A DNA stretch of 64,000 nt from Lama glama. Its lineage: Eukaryota. The number at the start of each line of letters is the position of its first letter. Within the stretch, counting starts at the first letter, position 1. Position numbers and translations under genes: made by a program. The stretch covers positions 1,612,001 to 1,676,000 of the forward strand of contig JAPYYK010000093.1 of NCBI GenBank assembly GCA_028534125.1. Reading direction: 5' to 3'. This document shows positions 1-12,600 of the stretch, piece after piece. The notes beneath the pieces were generated by a model that saw only the letters and a program-made list of their open reading frames with translations, searched no databases and was not told the origin of the DNA.

Positions 1-959
1 AGCACCTTCCTCAGAGTGGCCCCCAGGAGTGAGCTGGAGGGCCTGAAGGAAGACCCAGCTGACCTCTAAGGTAGGAGTGGACCCTGCTTTAAGAAGGGGT
101 GTTGTCACTAGGTAGACTGGGATCTCTTCAGTCACTCTGTTCCCTGGCATGGCCCAGCCTACGTGGGTCACCATGGACATCCCAGGAGGCTCGGCAGTGA
201 AGGCCCAGCCCCATTAACCCTACCATGAGATGTTCTTTGAACAGAGCCCAAGGCACAGTGCAGAAAGCCTCTACCTTACTGCTGGGGGGCTCTCACAATT
301 CTGCCACAACTTAACCATCCCACTGGCCAGGGGAGCAAAAGGCCTAGGGAGTATTTATGGGAGAAGAGTGTCCATTGAATATGGTCCTCAGACTAGAGTG
401 AATCACCCTCATGCAGTCTCCGAGTGCTGGGCCAAGATACTCTGCCACTAAAACCAACCCTTGTTGGGCAATACTTGTGGGTGGCATGAGCCAAGTGTGG
501 ACTGGAATGGCTGTCCCAGGAAATGGGTATGGTAGCAGGCCATCTGCCGGACCCCTAAAGCTCCTGTCGAGCAGCCACAGGCTTGGTGGGTGCTGCTTCT
601 GCTGCACACGTGCCCTGTGTCACTTTTCTGTCTTCTTCCTGCTTCTATTCCTTCCCTTGCTCCTGGCCAGGACACCAAACCACTGGCTCTGGGGCCAGGG
701 TGATTCTGGGCCAGCTGTCTCTGACTGCTACTGGTGTTCTGGTCAGCGGTCAGCCCTTAGGTGTCCCTGTTAGCTGCCCAGATTCCTGTAGGGCTCTCAG
801 CTTTTCTGCATTCAGCTCCTATTCTGGGGGTGGGGGTGGGAAGGGGCAGTCTCAATTAGATGAGTGTGTATACCTAGAACAGTGGGCACCCAGGAGTGTG
901 GGGTTTACTTGCTTGGGGAGCAAGGAAGGGATAACAGGCAAACAGAGAAGGTGTTCCTA

Positions 960-1320
960 GTGGAGGAAACAGCATGCGGAAACAGATGAACCTGGTATGA
1001 AACCTGATGGGGTAAAGAACCTAGCATGACTAGTTTACAGTGAAGCTGGAGGAGTCTTTAAGGCCTAGGGTTTTTAGACTCCAGGTAAAAATCTGGCAGT
1101 GGGGAGCCATTGAATGTTTTAAAGCTGTAGAGTGATGTGGTTACATTGTGGTTAGAGAGATTCCCCCTGCAGCCACAAAGATGATCTCTCTGGTTTGGAG
1201 AAAGAGGCTGGCACTACTTCTATGGAATAGTGTTTAGAGGGGGGTGAGAGCCCGAAGAGGGCAAGAGGGCTAACACTCCTTCAAGGTGACAAATGAAAGG
1301 GCAATTGAAAAGGTCCTAAG
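960..1320 (-). mobile_element. L2 relic
   Basis: 'ggaggaaacagcatgc...ggggagccattgaatgttttaa...gtgatgtggttacattgtg' resembles L2. Confidence 0.45.
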
Positions 1321-3049
1321 CTAAACATGGGCCGAGCCTTGGAAGTTCACCTTGGGGGAGCCCTTGTACTCGGCACCGGCACCGCAAGGCAGCTGACCTC
1401 CCCCATGTGGCTTGCCTGCCTCCCTCCTGCAGACAAAGCGGCTAAGGAAGGAGGAAGGGCACTCTTGGGACGCCCTCTGTCAAGGACTGAGGCTGCCTGA
1501 GATGCCCACCTGGGGCAGTCTGCAGCTTGACCACACGGTGGCAGCAGAGAACCAACTTTGACTGCTGCACCCTCCCACCTCCAATGGCTGGGGTGATCAA
1601 GGAGGACCCTTGAAGTTTCTTCCCAAGCCCCAGAAGTCTCTGTCCCAGTAACCTGAGGCGGGATGGTTGTCACAAGAACCTATGTCATGGCACTAGGCAG
1701 GGAATAGTTCATTTCAGTTTTGTCCTGCATGACTGTCTTTAGACGTGTTGACTGTGGAACAGGAATGGTGCCATAATTTCTGATGGATGTTTATTCATTT
1801 CCGGGCCAATTCTGGTTAGAGAAGGGAGTGCCTTTTATGTTGCCCGAGGCACGGTATCTCCCAGCACTAGGTGTGGCCACCCGGTGCTGTTTCCCTTCTG
1901 TCACCAGGTGCTCATTGAGCTCCAGCCTAGAGAGGTAGGGGAGTCTAGCATTAGGAATGGGGGAAGGGGGAGTCAGGTGTCCAGAGTGAACTGTGCTCAG
2001 GTAGGTGTAGCACAGGGTCTCTGGGATCCACAAAATGGACCTGGCACTGCCTGGACCAGGTAGGCTTCCTGGAGGAGATGCCACCTAAGCTACAAGAGAA
2101 GAAAGGGAAAAGGGTGCTCCTGGAAGGAGGAACAAGGAATATGGGCTGGGCGGCAAGTAGAAGAAAAACACTTAGGGTCAGGCTGAATCTTGTGGGGCTG
2201 AGGGCAACTCTCCCTACCAGCCACCTCACCCTCCAAAGCTCTGGGACTCACAGTTCACAGATCCCTCAGACCTCAGCCCAGGACCACCCTGTGAAGCTTT
2301 CCCTTCCTCCAGGCCCACCTGGCTGAAGGGACTGTCAGGTTGAGGATGTCCCCCAGGATCCCCTCCAGTGTTAGGGGGGCCCTGGTGAGAGATGGCAAGA
2401 GCAGACCTAGGTTGCCTCCCCTACCCCTGCCCCACACATATCACAGCCTGGAGAGAGGACTCTGGGCAACCACCCAGTTAGAACTATGTCCTCATTCCAG
2501 AGACTGAGAGGCTGAGGCCCAGCATGGCTAACAGTGAAGGTTAGAGTTGCCCTCAGAGCCAAAAGCCCATGTTTCTCCCATATCAGGGGGGCACTGGAGC
2601 AGAGCCAGGAAGGAAGGCCAGCATTGTGATGTTTTGTTGTCCCCAACTTACAGCTGTCACCTACTGAAGCAGCAGTGGACAAAGTGAGCTAGGGTTGGGC
2701 CTAATAAGCAGCTTCTCTTTTGAGTCTAACGTCCAGCCAGCAGGGCTAGCCCCAACTTATAACTCCTACTGCCATGGGTGGGCAGGCTGCAATGGTCCAT
2801 CCTCTGACACCATCCTGTCGCTAACAGCCCGGGGCAGGCCCACAGAAGGATAGTCCCTGCCCACAGAGGGTAGTGTCACTCCTGGGATCTCTCCACACCT
2901 CCCCTCTGGTCCTCCACACATTCCTGGTCTCTGTTCCCCACATGGTGGGTCTCTCAGGCCCTGCCCGGAAACCAGCGTCTGAGGATGTTGCTGTATCCTG
3001 GCTCCAAGAGAATAAAGAAGCCGAGTGGTCCTCAAACGCGCTGGGGCAG

Positions 3050-3600
3050 CCCTGGTCCTTCCTCATCTCTGCCCAGTCTTTGGCGGCGGGTCGGGACGGC
3101 TCAGATCTGTGTAACCTCTCTCCAGACCACTCCACGCACACCCACCCACAGGCCACTGAGGGGAAAAAAAAGGCGCCCAAGAGTAGGTGTAGGACCCAGG
3201 CTTTCGAGAACCAGGAGAGTCGGACGGGCAGAGGGGCGGGGATAGGCCAGGCCTACAGCGGGCCCAGCCCACAGCCCCGCCCCCATACCCCGGCCCGGCA
3301 AGCCCCGCCCGGGGCGCTCCGACAGACTTTGCTCCAAGCGCCAGCTGGGAGCGGCAGCTGGAGCAGCAGGTGAGGCAGCTTTTCTGTTCCCTGTCGGTGA
3401 GTGTGTCTGCCCGCGTCAGGTGCTCAGACCCAAGGGCGGGGGCGAGCGGTGGGCATCTCAGAAGCCCTGGCGGGGTCAGCTGCCGGAGGGCTCTCAGGAC
3501 CGGCACTCCCCACTGGTCCCAACACAGGATTCTAGTCGGCTCCCAGCCGGGCCCGGGCCTGCAGGAACCTCGCGGGGCTCCTTCTGGGCCTCGATGGAGC
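3050..3600 (+). promoter_or_regulatory. MST1R CpG-island promoter/5' region with GC boxes
   Basis: CpG density rises sharply from about 3040 into exon 1. Sp1-type GGGCGG/CCGCCC motifs near 3233, 3275, 3303 and 3434. No TATA box seen. Confidence 0.7.
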
Positions 3601-6600
3601 TCCACCCGCCACCTTTGCAGCCCTTCCTGTTACTACTGCTGTTGCTGCCGGCGGTGCCCGAGATGGTTGGGTCCTGGCAGTGCCCGCGCGTCCCCTACGC
3701 TGCTTCCCGCGACTTTGAAGTGGAGTACTTGGTGCCCAGTTTCTCCGCCGGCGGTCCGGTACAGGCCGTGGCGACCTATGAGGGCGGCGGGGAAGAGAGT
3801 GCCGTGTTTGTGGCCATACGCAATCGCCTGAACGTGCTTGGGCCTGACTTCCAACCAATTGAGAGCCTGGCCACGGGCCCTGTCGGGGACCCAGACTGCC
3901 GGACGTGTGCGGCCTGTGGCCCGGGCCCCCACGGCCCGCGGGAGGATACAGATGCGCAGGTGCTAGTGCTGGAGCCGGCGCTGCCCGCATTGATCAGTTG
4001 TGGCTCCAGCCTTCATGGTCGCTGCTTCCTGCATGAGCTAGAGCCCCAAGGGGCAGCCCTGCACCTGGCACCACCAGCCTGCCTTTTCTCTGCACACCAC
4101 AATCGGCCCGAGGACTGTCCCGACTGTGTGGCCAGCCCTCTGGGCACCCTTGTGACCGTGGTTGAGCAGGGCCATGCCTCCTACTTCTACGTGGCATCCT
4201 CGCTGAACTCAACAGTGGCCGCCAGCTTTAGCCCCGGCTCAGTGTCCATCCGGCGCCTCAAGGCTGACGCCTCAGGATTTGCACCAGGCTTTGCAGCACT
4301 ATCAGTGCTGCCCGAGCACCTCGCTTCCTACCGCATCGAATATGTGTACAGTTTCCGCGCGGGAGCCTTTGTCTACTTTCTGATGGTGCAGCCAGCCAAC
4401 GTGGCAGCCGCTCCTGGTGCCTTACACACACGTGTGGCACGGCTCAGTGCTGTAGAGACCGACCTGGGCAACTACCGCGAGATGGTCCTTGACTGCAGTT
4501 TTGAGCCTAAACGCCGGCGTCGCGCGGCCCATGAGGGAGGGCATCCCTACCCGGTGCTGAGGGCAGCCCATGCCGCTCCTGTGGGCAGCAGATTGGCTGC
4601 TGAACTGAGCATCGCCGAGGGCCAGGAAGTGCTATTTGGGGTCTTCTCGGCTAGCAGGGACAGCAAGTCAGTTGTGGATCCCAGCTCTGTCGTCTGTGCC
4701 TTCCCAGTTGATCTGCTGAACACTCTCATTGATCAGGGAGTAGAGCGCTGCTGTGAGCCTCCAGTCCACCCTGGCCTCCGCCGAGACCTTGACTTCTTTC
4801 AATTGCCCAGTTTCTGCCCTCACCCGGTGAGCAGAAAGAAGGGGCCCTCACTTGTGAGCATTGTGTGCATGCTTCCCTTCCAGCTGCCTCTCTTCCGGTA
4901 CCGAGGGGATCTGGAAGGGGGAGGGCAGTTGGGGGCAAGTTTTCTCTTCCACCCTATTCTTTAGGGTAGTGAGGGAATCAGCCAAAGGCCACACTGGAGG
5001 CTCATCTCCTGGCCAGGCTGGACCCTGTTGCTATGCCATTTTGCTCTTTAACCCTCTCACCCTGGCCTCTTGATTTTTTAGGTAGTTTCCCTGGCCATGT
5101 GAAAACCAGACTGCATAACTGTCTCTCTGCCAGGCACACTTCCAAATGCTGGGTAGAATGATGGGTGTCCCTTCCCATCTGCTCACGACATATAACCTTA
5201 GGGACATGCACAGAAAAGCAGCGCCCTCCACACAGGCAGATGCTCACAGATTCATCCAGACTCATAGCTGCTCACCAACACTGTTTTGCTTTCCCTGTAG
5301 GAACAGTTGTTTTGCTCTGCTTTCCAAGGAGGGTGGGTCAGGGATTGTCAGAGAATGCCTCCCCCTCTAGAGAGCCTCCTGGGCCTTGGAAGTTGGGGGC
5401 TTGTCAGGGAGCCTGCATGCCTTGGGCTTTACTGATCCACTCATTCCTGATTGTTCTCCGTTGGGTGATTGGGAGAGGATTCAGGATGTAGTGGGAAGGA
5501 GGCTTGGCTCTGGTAGATTCCAGAAGGCTCACTCCAGTCTTGTGCAATCAACTATAAACATCTGGGGATGAGTAAAGGCCTAGGAGAGGCTGATTAGAAT
5601 TGGTTCACCATGCAGGAATCCCATACTTTCTTTCACCATAGTTGGGGCCCTGCCTCAGTCCCCCTTCTCACCCCAGGAAGGAGGTCTCCCAGCCCATGCT
5701 TAACTGGGGATGCCTTCCAGCAGATCCTACCCAGGTTCTCTCCAGCATAAGTGCCAGGGATCTGGAGAAGAGACAAAAAGGAAATTCCTTAAAATACTTC
5801 CCTGAGGACAAAACCAAAACTGATCCCTTGAAGCCATTGAAACAGTTCCACCATACAAGAGACTAACCCAGGGCAATGGAATGAATGAACAAATGGCATT
5901 GGACAAGTGGCCTTTTAGCAAGCTGACCCACAGTCACTGCTCTCTGAGTCTTTGGCTGCCCTGTGGCCCTAGCCCTGCTATGACATTCTCCACTAACTCC
6001 TTTTGCTCTGACTGATGCCGCAGTGCTGGGAGGAGAATTTATACACAATGAAGGGTAGGGAGTCTTCAGCTTCTACCCTCTGCTGACTCCATATGGGTTG
6101 AGGAGGCCTTAGGGGTTGGGATCCCTAGTCTGAGCTGGGTGGCCCTGCCTGGCCTCCTCTCCTTCAGGGAGTCGGAACCTCTCCCTGACTTGGCTAGTGG
6201 TCAGGGGATCAGAAGAAACCCAGCACAACTTGGTGGTGCCAGGCTCAAGCCCTGCCTATAGGCTAGCCAGGCCTTGTGTGGACCAGCCTGCACAGTGTCC
6301 TGTGACTGGGCCTGCAACCTCCAGGAAGACACCCACTGTGTGCTCATTGTGGCTGCCCTCATGAAGCCTGAGGGGCTCAGAGCTGGGACCTGCCCACCAT
6401 GAGTTCAGACAGGGTTTGAGTCTGGGGGGGTCACCTTCCACTATGGGGCATTGGATGTTTAAGTGTTTTCCAGAACCAGAGGCCTCTAGACAGGCCTGGG
6501 AACCCAGAGCTAAGGCCCTGGAGCCCAGGGGCCAACAGGCACGGGTGTGGCTCTGACTGGGATAGGGCCTCTTTTCCACCCCACAGCCCCACCTGTCGCT

Positions 6601-9600
6601 GAGTCATACTGAAATCACCTGGCTGGCTTCCTGCTAGGTTCAAGTCTCTTACCCACCTCCAGTGAGGACAGAGTCCTAGTCCCCACCGACCCAGGCTACA
6701 GATCCAGTGTGTGGAGTTTCAGGGCCCAGCTCGAGACCTACTCTTGCTCCCAAGACTTTCAATCAGGACTGGGTTAAGCATACTTAGTCTAATAGGGGCC
6801 TTCTGTCAGCCTTGGGGACCACCCTTAGGGCTGGTAAGGGAGGGTTCCGAGCAGCTAAGGCTACAGAGCCCTGGCTACACCTTGAGCCCAGCTCGATACC
6901 CTACACTCACACTCTCACTTCCTGGTGTCCCAGAGGCTTCCACAGCCTTGCCCTGGGCACTCAACCCCAAACACCCTCCTGCTAAGAGCAGGGGAGAAAT
7001 TACTGTTTCCCAGCCCCAGGGCCTAGTCTGGTATACAGACCCTCAGGCTTTGGTTTATCCCTTTTGTACCCTGAAGGAGGTACAGGTAGCAGCTGGAGAT
7101 TCAGGAAGACCTGTGGTGTCTCAGGGAGAAGGACCATGTTACTAACCCTGTGCTGGCCAATTAACCTCAGCGTTCAGGCCCTTACGCAGGTGTAGAAACC
7201 GAAGCCTTAAGAGGGAACAGGGTTTGTGAAGTGCAGGGAGGAACCAGCAGGGGGCAGGAGAGGACTCTGATCAAGAACTCAGACTTCCAACCTGGCTCCT
7301 CTCCTGAGGAGAGGAGTAGCTATAAGGCCTTTGACAGGTGAGCAAACCTCTGTGAGCCAGTTTCCTTCTCTGTAATATGGGGGTGGTGAGAGTACCCACT
7401 CTACAGCAAGGCTGTGAGGACAGAATGGGGTTAACTCTGTAAGACTCGTTATCAGAATGGACGTGCAGGGGGAGCTGAGCCAGACTTCCAGCCTTGGCCT
7501 TCTTCCCTGGCCTTGCTACTTCTGAGAGCCCCATGGAGGGGGTGGGGAAACTGGCAGGCCTGGGACCTTCTGCAGCCAGGGCAGGTGAGGGGTGGGAGTT
7601 TGGGCTGTGGTGGTCACTGACAGAGTTCCCAAGGGGTCAGTGCATGGAGATGAGCCCTGACTCCTTCCCTGACCCTCCCCAGCCTGGCCTGGAGGCTCTC
7701 AGCCCCAACACCAGTTGCCGCCACTTCCCTCTGCTGGTCAGCAGCAGCTTCTCACGTGTGGACCTCTTCAATGGGCTGTTAGGGCCAGTGCAAGTCACTG
7801 CATTGCACGTGACACGCCTCAACAATGTCACATTGGCCCACATGGGCACAGCTGATGGGCGCATCCTGCAGGTAGGTTCCTCATCTCCACAGCCCCTTGT
7901 CCCCAAACCCTCATCCCCATTTTGCTCACAGCTGACCTGTCCCAGGTGGAACTGGCCAGGTCTCTCAACTACTTGCTGTACGTGTCCAACTTCTCACTGG
8001 GCAGCAATGGGCAGCCTGTGCATCGGGATATCAGTCGCCTTGGGGACCACCTTCTCTTTGCCTCTGGGGACAAGGTAAGGTGGGGCAGGGCAGGGCCTGG
8101 GACTGTGCTGTGGGAGCACAGCCACCCCATTTGATCCAGGGAGGCACTGACACACAGGTCTCACCTCCCTGGTTTACACTGGGACCAGGGGGTCTAAGGG
8201 ACCTGGTGCCCCCACCACCTTTAGCCACCCCTGAGCCACCTGTCTGTCCAAGGTCTTCCAGGTACCTGTCCGGGGCCCTGGCTGCCGCCACTTCCTCACC
8301 TGTTGGCGTTGCCTGCGGGCACAGCGTTTCATGGGCTGTGGATGGTGTGGGGGCATGTGTGGCCGGCAGAAGGAGTGTCCTGGCTCCTGGCAACAGGACC
8401 ATTGCCCACCAGAGCTTACTGAGGTATGGCTTGCCTGGCAGGACACAGGTAAGGGCGGGGCAAGCTGGGCCTGAGGTGGGGGTCAGCAGCTCTTGACCAT
8501 GATCTTCCTCAGGCCTGAGCTGACCTCAGTATCTACAAGGAGGGCATTCTTGGCAGAGAGGATGGCACATGCAAAGACTTAGAGGCAGAAAAGTTTTGAG
8601 TGAGGACTAGTAAGAGACCTAGAACGATGAAGTGTGAGACAGGCAAGGAGTATGGCAGAAAACTTCGGGGAAAGCAGACGAGGCTGGGAGTCCTGACCCA
8701 GCAGGGGACTCAGGCCATCTCCTCCTCTCCCCTCAGTTCCACCCCCAGAGTGGACCCCTGAGGGGCAGCACAAGGCTAACCCTGTGTGGCTCCAACTTCA
8801 ACCTACACCCTACTGGCCTGGTGCCTAAAGACACCCATCAGGTCACCGTGGGTCAAAGTCCCTGCCGACTGCTGCATAAGGACAGCTCAAACCTCAGGTA
8901 CAACCTGGTCTCTACCCTTTTGATCCCTGATGGGAGTAACCAAGCAGCCCCGTCCCTGTGAGACCCTGTCTTCTGCTTGTGTGGGGCATAGTGGTATGGG
9001 GTAAGTTGCAATGGCTTTGTGGCTTTGTGTCTGGGGAGACATCTCTGTCCCTTCTTGAGCCTGCATGTGCCCTACCTGTCTGTTGAGTCCTGGCCTGGCA
9101 AGGTTAGTCTCTGCTCTGCCAGATCCTGCCCTACCTGGGGGAAGAAAAGCTCAGAGGAGACCTGTGATTTGTAGTGGGCAGGCAACCAGCCAAGGTGGCC
9201 CCTGGCTGACTTTGAGTTCCCCTGGTGTCCCAGCCAAGTGCCCCGGAAGTACTTTGTAGAGGAGCTTGAGTGTGAGCTGGAGCCCTTGGTCACGCAGGTA
9301 GCTGGGCCTGCCAACGTCAGCCTCACCGTGTCCAACGTGCCACTGGGCAGGCATTTCCGGGTGGATGGCACCTCCATGCTTCAAGGCTTCTCTTTTGTGG
9401 TGAGGCCACCTTGCCTTGTCTATTCTCTTGGCCTGCTGGGCAATTCGGGCAGGGAAGGGTTTGGGTAGAGGGCCTCCTACTGCAAGCTAAGCCACCTCCA
9501 TGCCCTCTCAGGAGCCGGTGCTGAGAACAGTACAACCCCTCTTTGGCCCACGGGCAGGGGGAACCTCCCTCACCCTTGAAGGCCAAGACCTGTCTGTAGG

Positions 9601-12600
9601 TACCAGCCGGGCTGTGTTCATCAATGGGACTGAGTGCCCGCTGAAACGGTAAGTTCCATCAGGAAAGGGGATGGGAATCCACAGGGTCCCACACAGGGGA
9701 GCCCTCACCACGTGGGGCTTGGATCCCTGTCAGGGCAGAAGGAGGAGGGCTCAGTCACATGGTCAGTGTAAGGAACAGGTCCAGGAAGAAGGGTCTGTTG
9801 CTTTCTCCAGCTCAGAGGTGGTTTGGGGATGTCAGGAGAGTCCACTGCCTCTAGACCTAGAGTCCAATGGCTCCAGCCAATGTTGTGGGGAACCTGTTCC
9901 CTCCTTGTCTTCTTGGAGGACTTACTGGGACCACCCTACCTTCAGACAGAGCCACGGAGTAGGGCAGGTTGAGGGGATGACCAGCAGAGGAACTGGGAGG
10001 GATCGGCAGGCCTCTGGAGGAGTTGGGCCTGACCATCACGTGGAGGGTGCCTCTGAGCCCAATCCACCTGTTCTGCAGGGTCAACGAGGGGCAGCTTTTA
10101 TGTACCACACCCCCAGGGGCCGCTACTGCCAGCGTTCCCATTCGCCTGCAGGTAGGGGGTGCCAAGGTGCCTGGCTCCTGGAACTTCCACTACAAGGAAG
10201 ACCCCATCATGCTGGGCATCAGCCCCAACTGTGGCTACACGTAAGTGCCACCTCCTTGCCCACTCTGGTCTCCTAAGAACGAAGGATCCAGTCTTGGAGA
10301 GCACCCCAAGCTCGCCACCCCACTCTCCTCCACAGTGGCTCCTATGTGACCATCCGTGGCCAGCACCTGACTTCAGTGCAGCACCTCGTGGTGTCATTCC
10401 ATGATGGGTTTAAGGCAGTGGAGAACAGGGTGAGCGGGTGCTGGCAGCTGCAAAGTGGGCACTGGCCAGGAGGGAGGAAGGCCACACCAGTCCCCTGAGT
10501 TCCAGCCCTACCCTGTGCTGAGCTGGGGGACTGGGGTGGCCATAGGTAGGATACCTGGCTAACCACTCTCGCATGGGTCCAGCAGTGTGAAGGGCAGCTC
10601 CCGGAGCAGCACTGGTGCCGCCTGCCTGAATACGTGGTCCGAGGCCCTCAGGGGTGGGTGATGGGGAACCTGAGTGTCCAGGGGGATGGGGCTCCTGGCT
10701 TCACACTGCCTGGCTTTCGCTTCCTGCCCCCACCCTACCCACCCAGCACAGACCTGGCCCCACTGAAGCCTGAGGAGCATGCCATTAAGTTTGAGGTAAG
10801 TGTGGGGGATGAGGGGCTGGGACAGTGGAGGGTTGGGGCTGAAGCCTGCCCAAAGGAGATGGGGGCACTGGCCAGTCCTCATGACTGTCTCTGCAGTATA
10901 TTGGGCTGGGTGCTGTGGCTGACTGTGTGGATGTGAACGTGACCGTGGGAGGTGAGAGCTGCCGGCATGAGCTCCGAGGGGATGTGGTCGTCTGCCCCCT
11001 GCCCCTCTCCCTGCAACTTGGCAAGGATGGTGCTCCACTGCAGGTAGGCAGCTCAGCAGGCCTTCTGCAGGAGACATGGGTTGAGGGCCTACAGGCTGGG
11101 CCTGAGCTGCCACCTGCCCCCAGGTCTGCGTGGATGGTGGGTGTCACATCCTGGGCAGGGTAGTGCGGCCAGGTCTGGAAGGGGTCCCCCAGAGCACGCT
11201 CCTCGGTGTCCTGCTGGCCCTGCTCCTGCTTGTGGGTGTACTGGCCGCCATACTGGTCTTCAGTTACTACCGGAGGAAACAGCTAGGTGAGCTCTCCACT
11301 CCCATCCTGACTCAGCCCCTACCCCAAAACAGTGACACCTCCAAGCCCCTATATCCTCGGTCTGCCCATGCCTCCTGGGTAGGGGTTAGCCTCTAGGAGC
11401 TTGGAATGGCTGGCCACTAGGGGCCATTTTTCCACAGTCCTTTCTCCGAATCTGGATGATTTGGCATCCCTGGACAGGACCACTGGAGACTTACCTCTGC
11501 CTATTCTCCGCTCAGGCTCTGACTACAGAAATGGCCTCGGTGAGATGGTGGCAGTACTAGAAGCTGGGGCCATGCCCTCTGTGCCACAAGTCCCTCACTC
11601 CCTGTCCTCCACAGCATCCCCTGCCATCAGTGACCTGGGTTCTACCACTCGGATCCGCAGAGCATCCTTCTCAGACAGTGGGGTCGGATCCCATGTCCCA
11701 CTGCTGAGGAAAGAGTCCATTCAACTTGGGGACCTGAACCCCACGCTCCTGGCCGAGGTTAAGGATGTGCTGATTCCCCATGAACGGGTGCTCACCCACA
11801 CTGACCGAGTCATTGGCAAAGGTATGGGGGCCAGGCCAGCTGGGACTGGGACAGAGATGGAGTCCTGAGATGACATGGGCTCAAGGAACAGTTAGGCAGG
11901 CCTCTGCTCTGGCCTCACCAACCTGTGTGACCTGAGGCATACTGTGTAACCTCTCTGAGCCTCCATTTGCTCATCTGGGAAACAGAAATTCTGTCCTCAC
12001 TGGGTTCTGGTGCAGATTAAGTGGGCCTAGGAAGGCTGCAGGCTCTGCCATCCGGAGGCTGCCGCTCGTCTTTAATGTCAGATTGGCCAGTTGGTGCTCT
12101 GAGGTCTAGGTGCCAATGAGAGGGTGTGGTGGAGCCCTGGGCACTGGGGCTCCTCTCACCATCTCTCCCTCATAGGCCATTTTGGAGTCGTCTACCATGG
12201 AGAATACATAGACGAGGCCCAGAATCGAGTCCACTGTGCTATCAAGTCGCTGAGTCGTAAGTGGGACAGAGGCTGGGAGGGTCTCCGTCCCTGCTGTGCA
12301 ACCACCTCACTGAGCGACCCTGAGCAGGAGAACTTTCTTCTCCATTTCCCTGTCTGACCCTTGGCTCCCTGCCCTGGGCCTGACTCAAGCCGCTCTGCAG
12401 GCATCACAGAAGTGCAGGAGGTGGAGGCCTTCCTGCGCGAGGGGCTGCTCATGCGGGGTCTGCACCACCCAAACGTGCTGGCTCTCATTGGGATCATGCT
12501 TCCGCCTGAAGGGCTGCCTCGTGTGCTGCTGCCCTACATGCGCCACGGAGACCTGCTCCAGTTCATCCGCTCACCCCAGCGGGTCAGTGCTCAGTGGGCC

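Noticed and set aside
620-670. Polypyrimidine tract plus AG as a possible exon of an upstream gene (MON1A expected by synteny)
   Set aside because: No recognisable coding sequence or matching donor follows it.
3420-4964. 514-aa ORF as a stand-alone protein
   Set aside because: It is MST1R exon 1 extended upstream from a GTG and downstream into intron 1. The true start is ATG 3594 (signal peptide) and the donor is at 4827.
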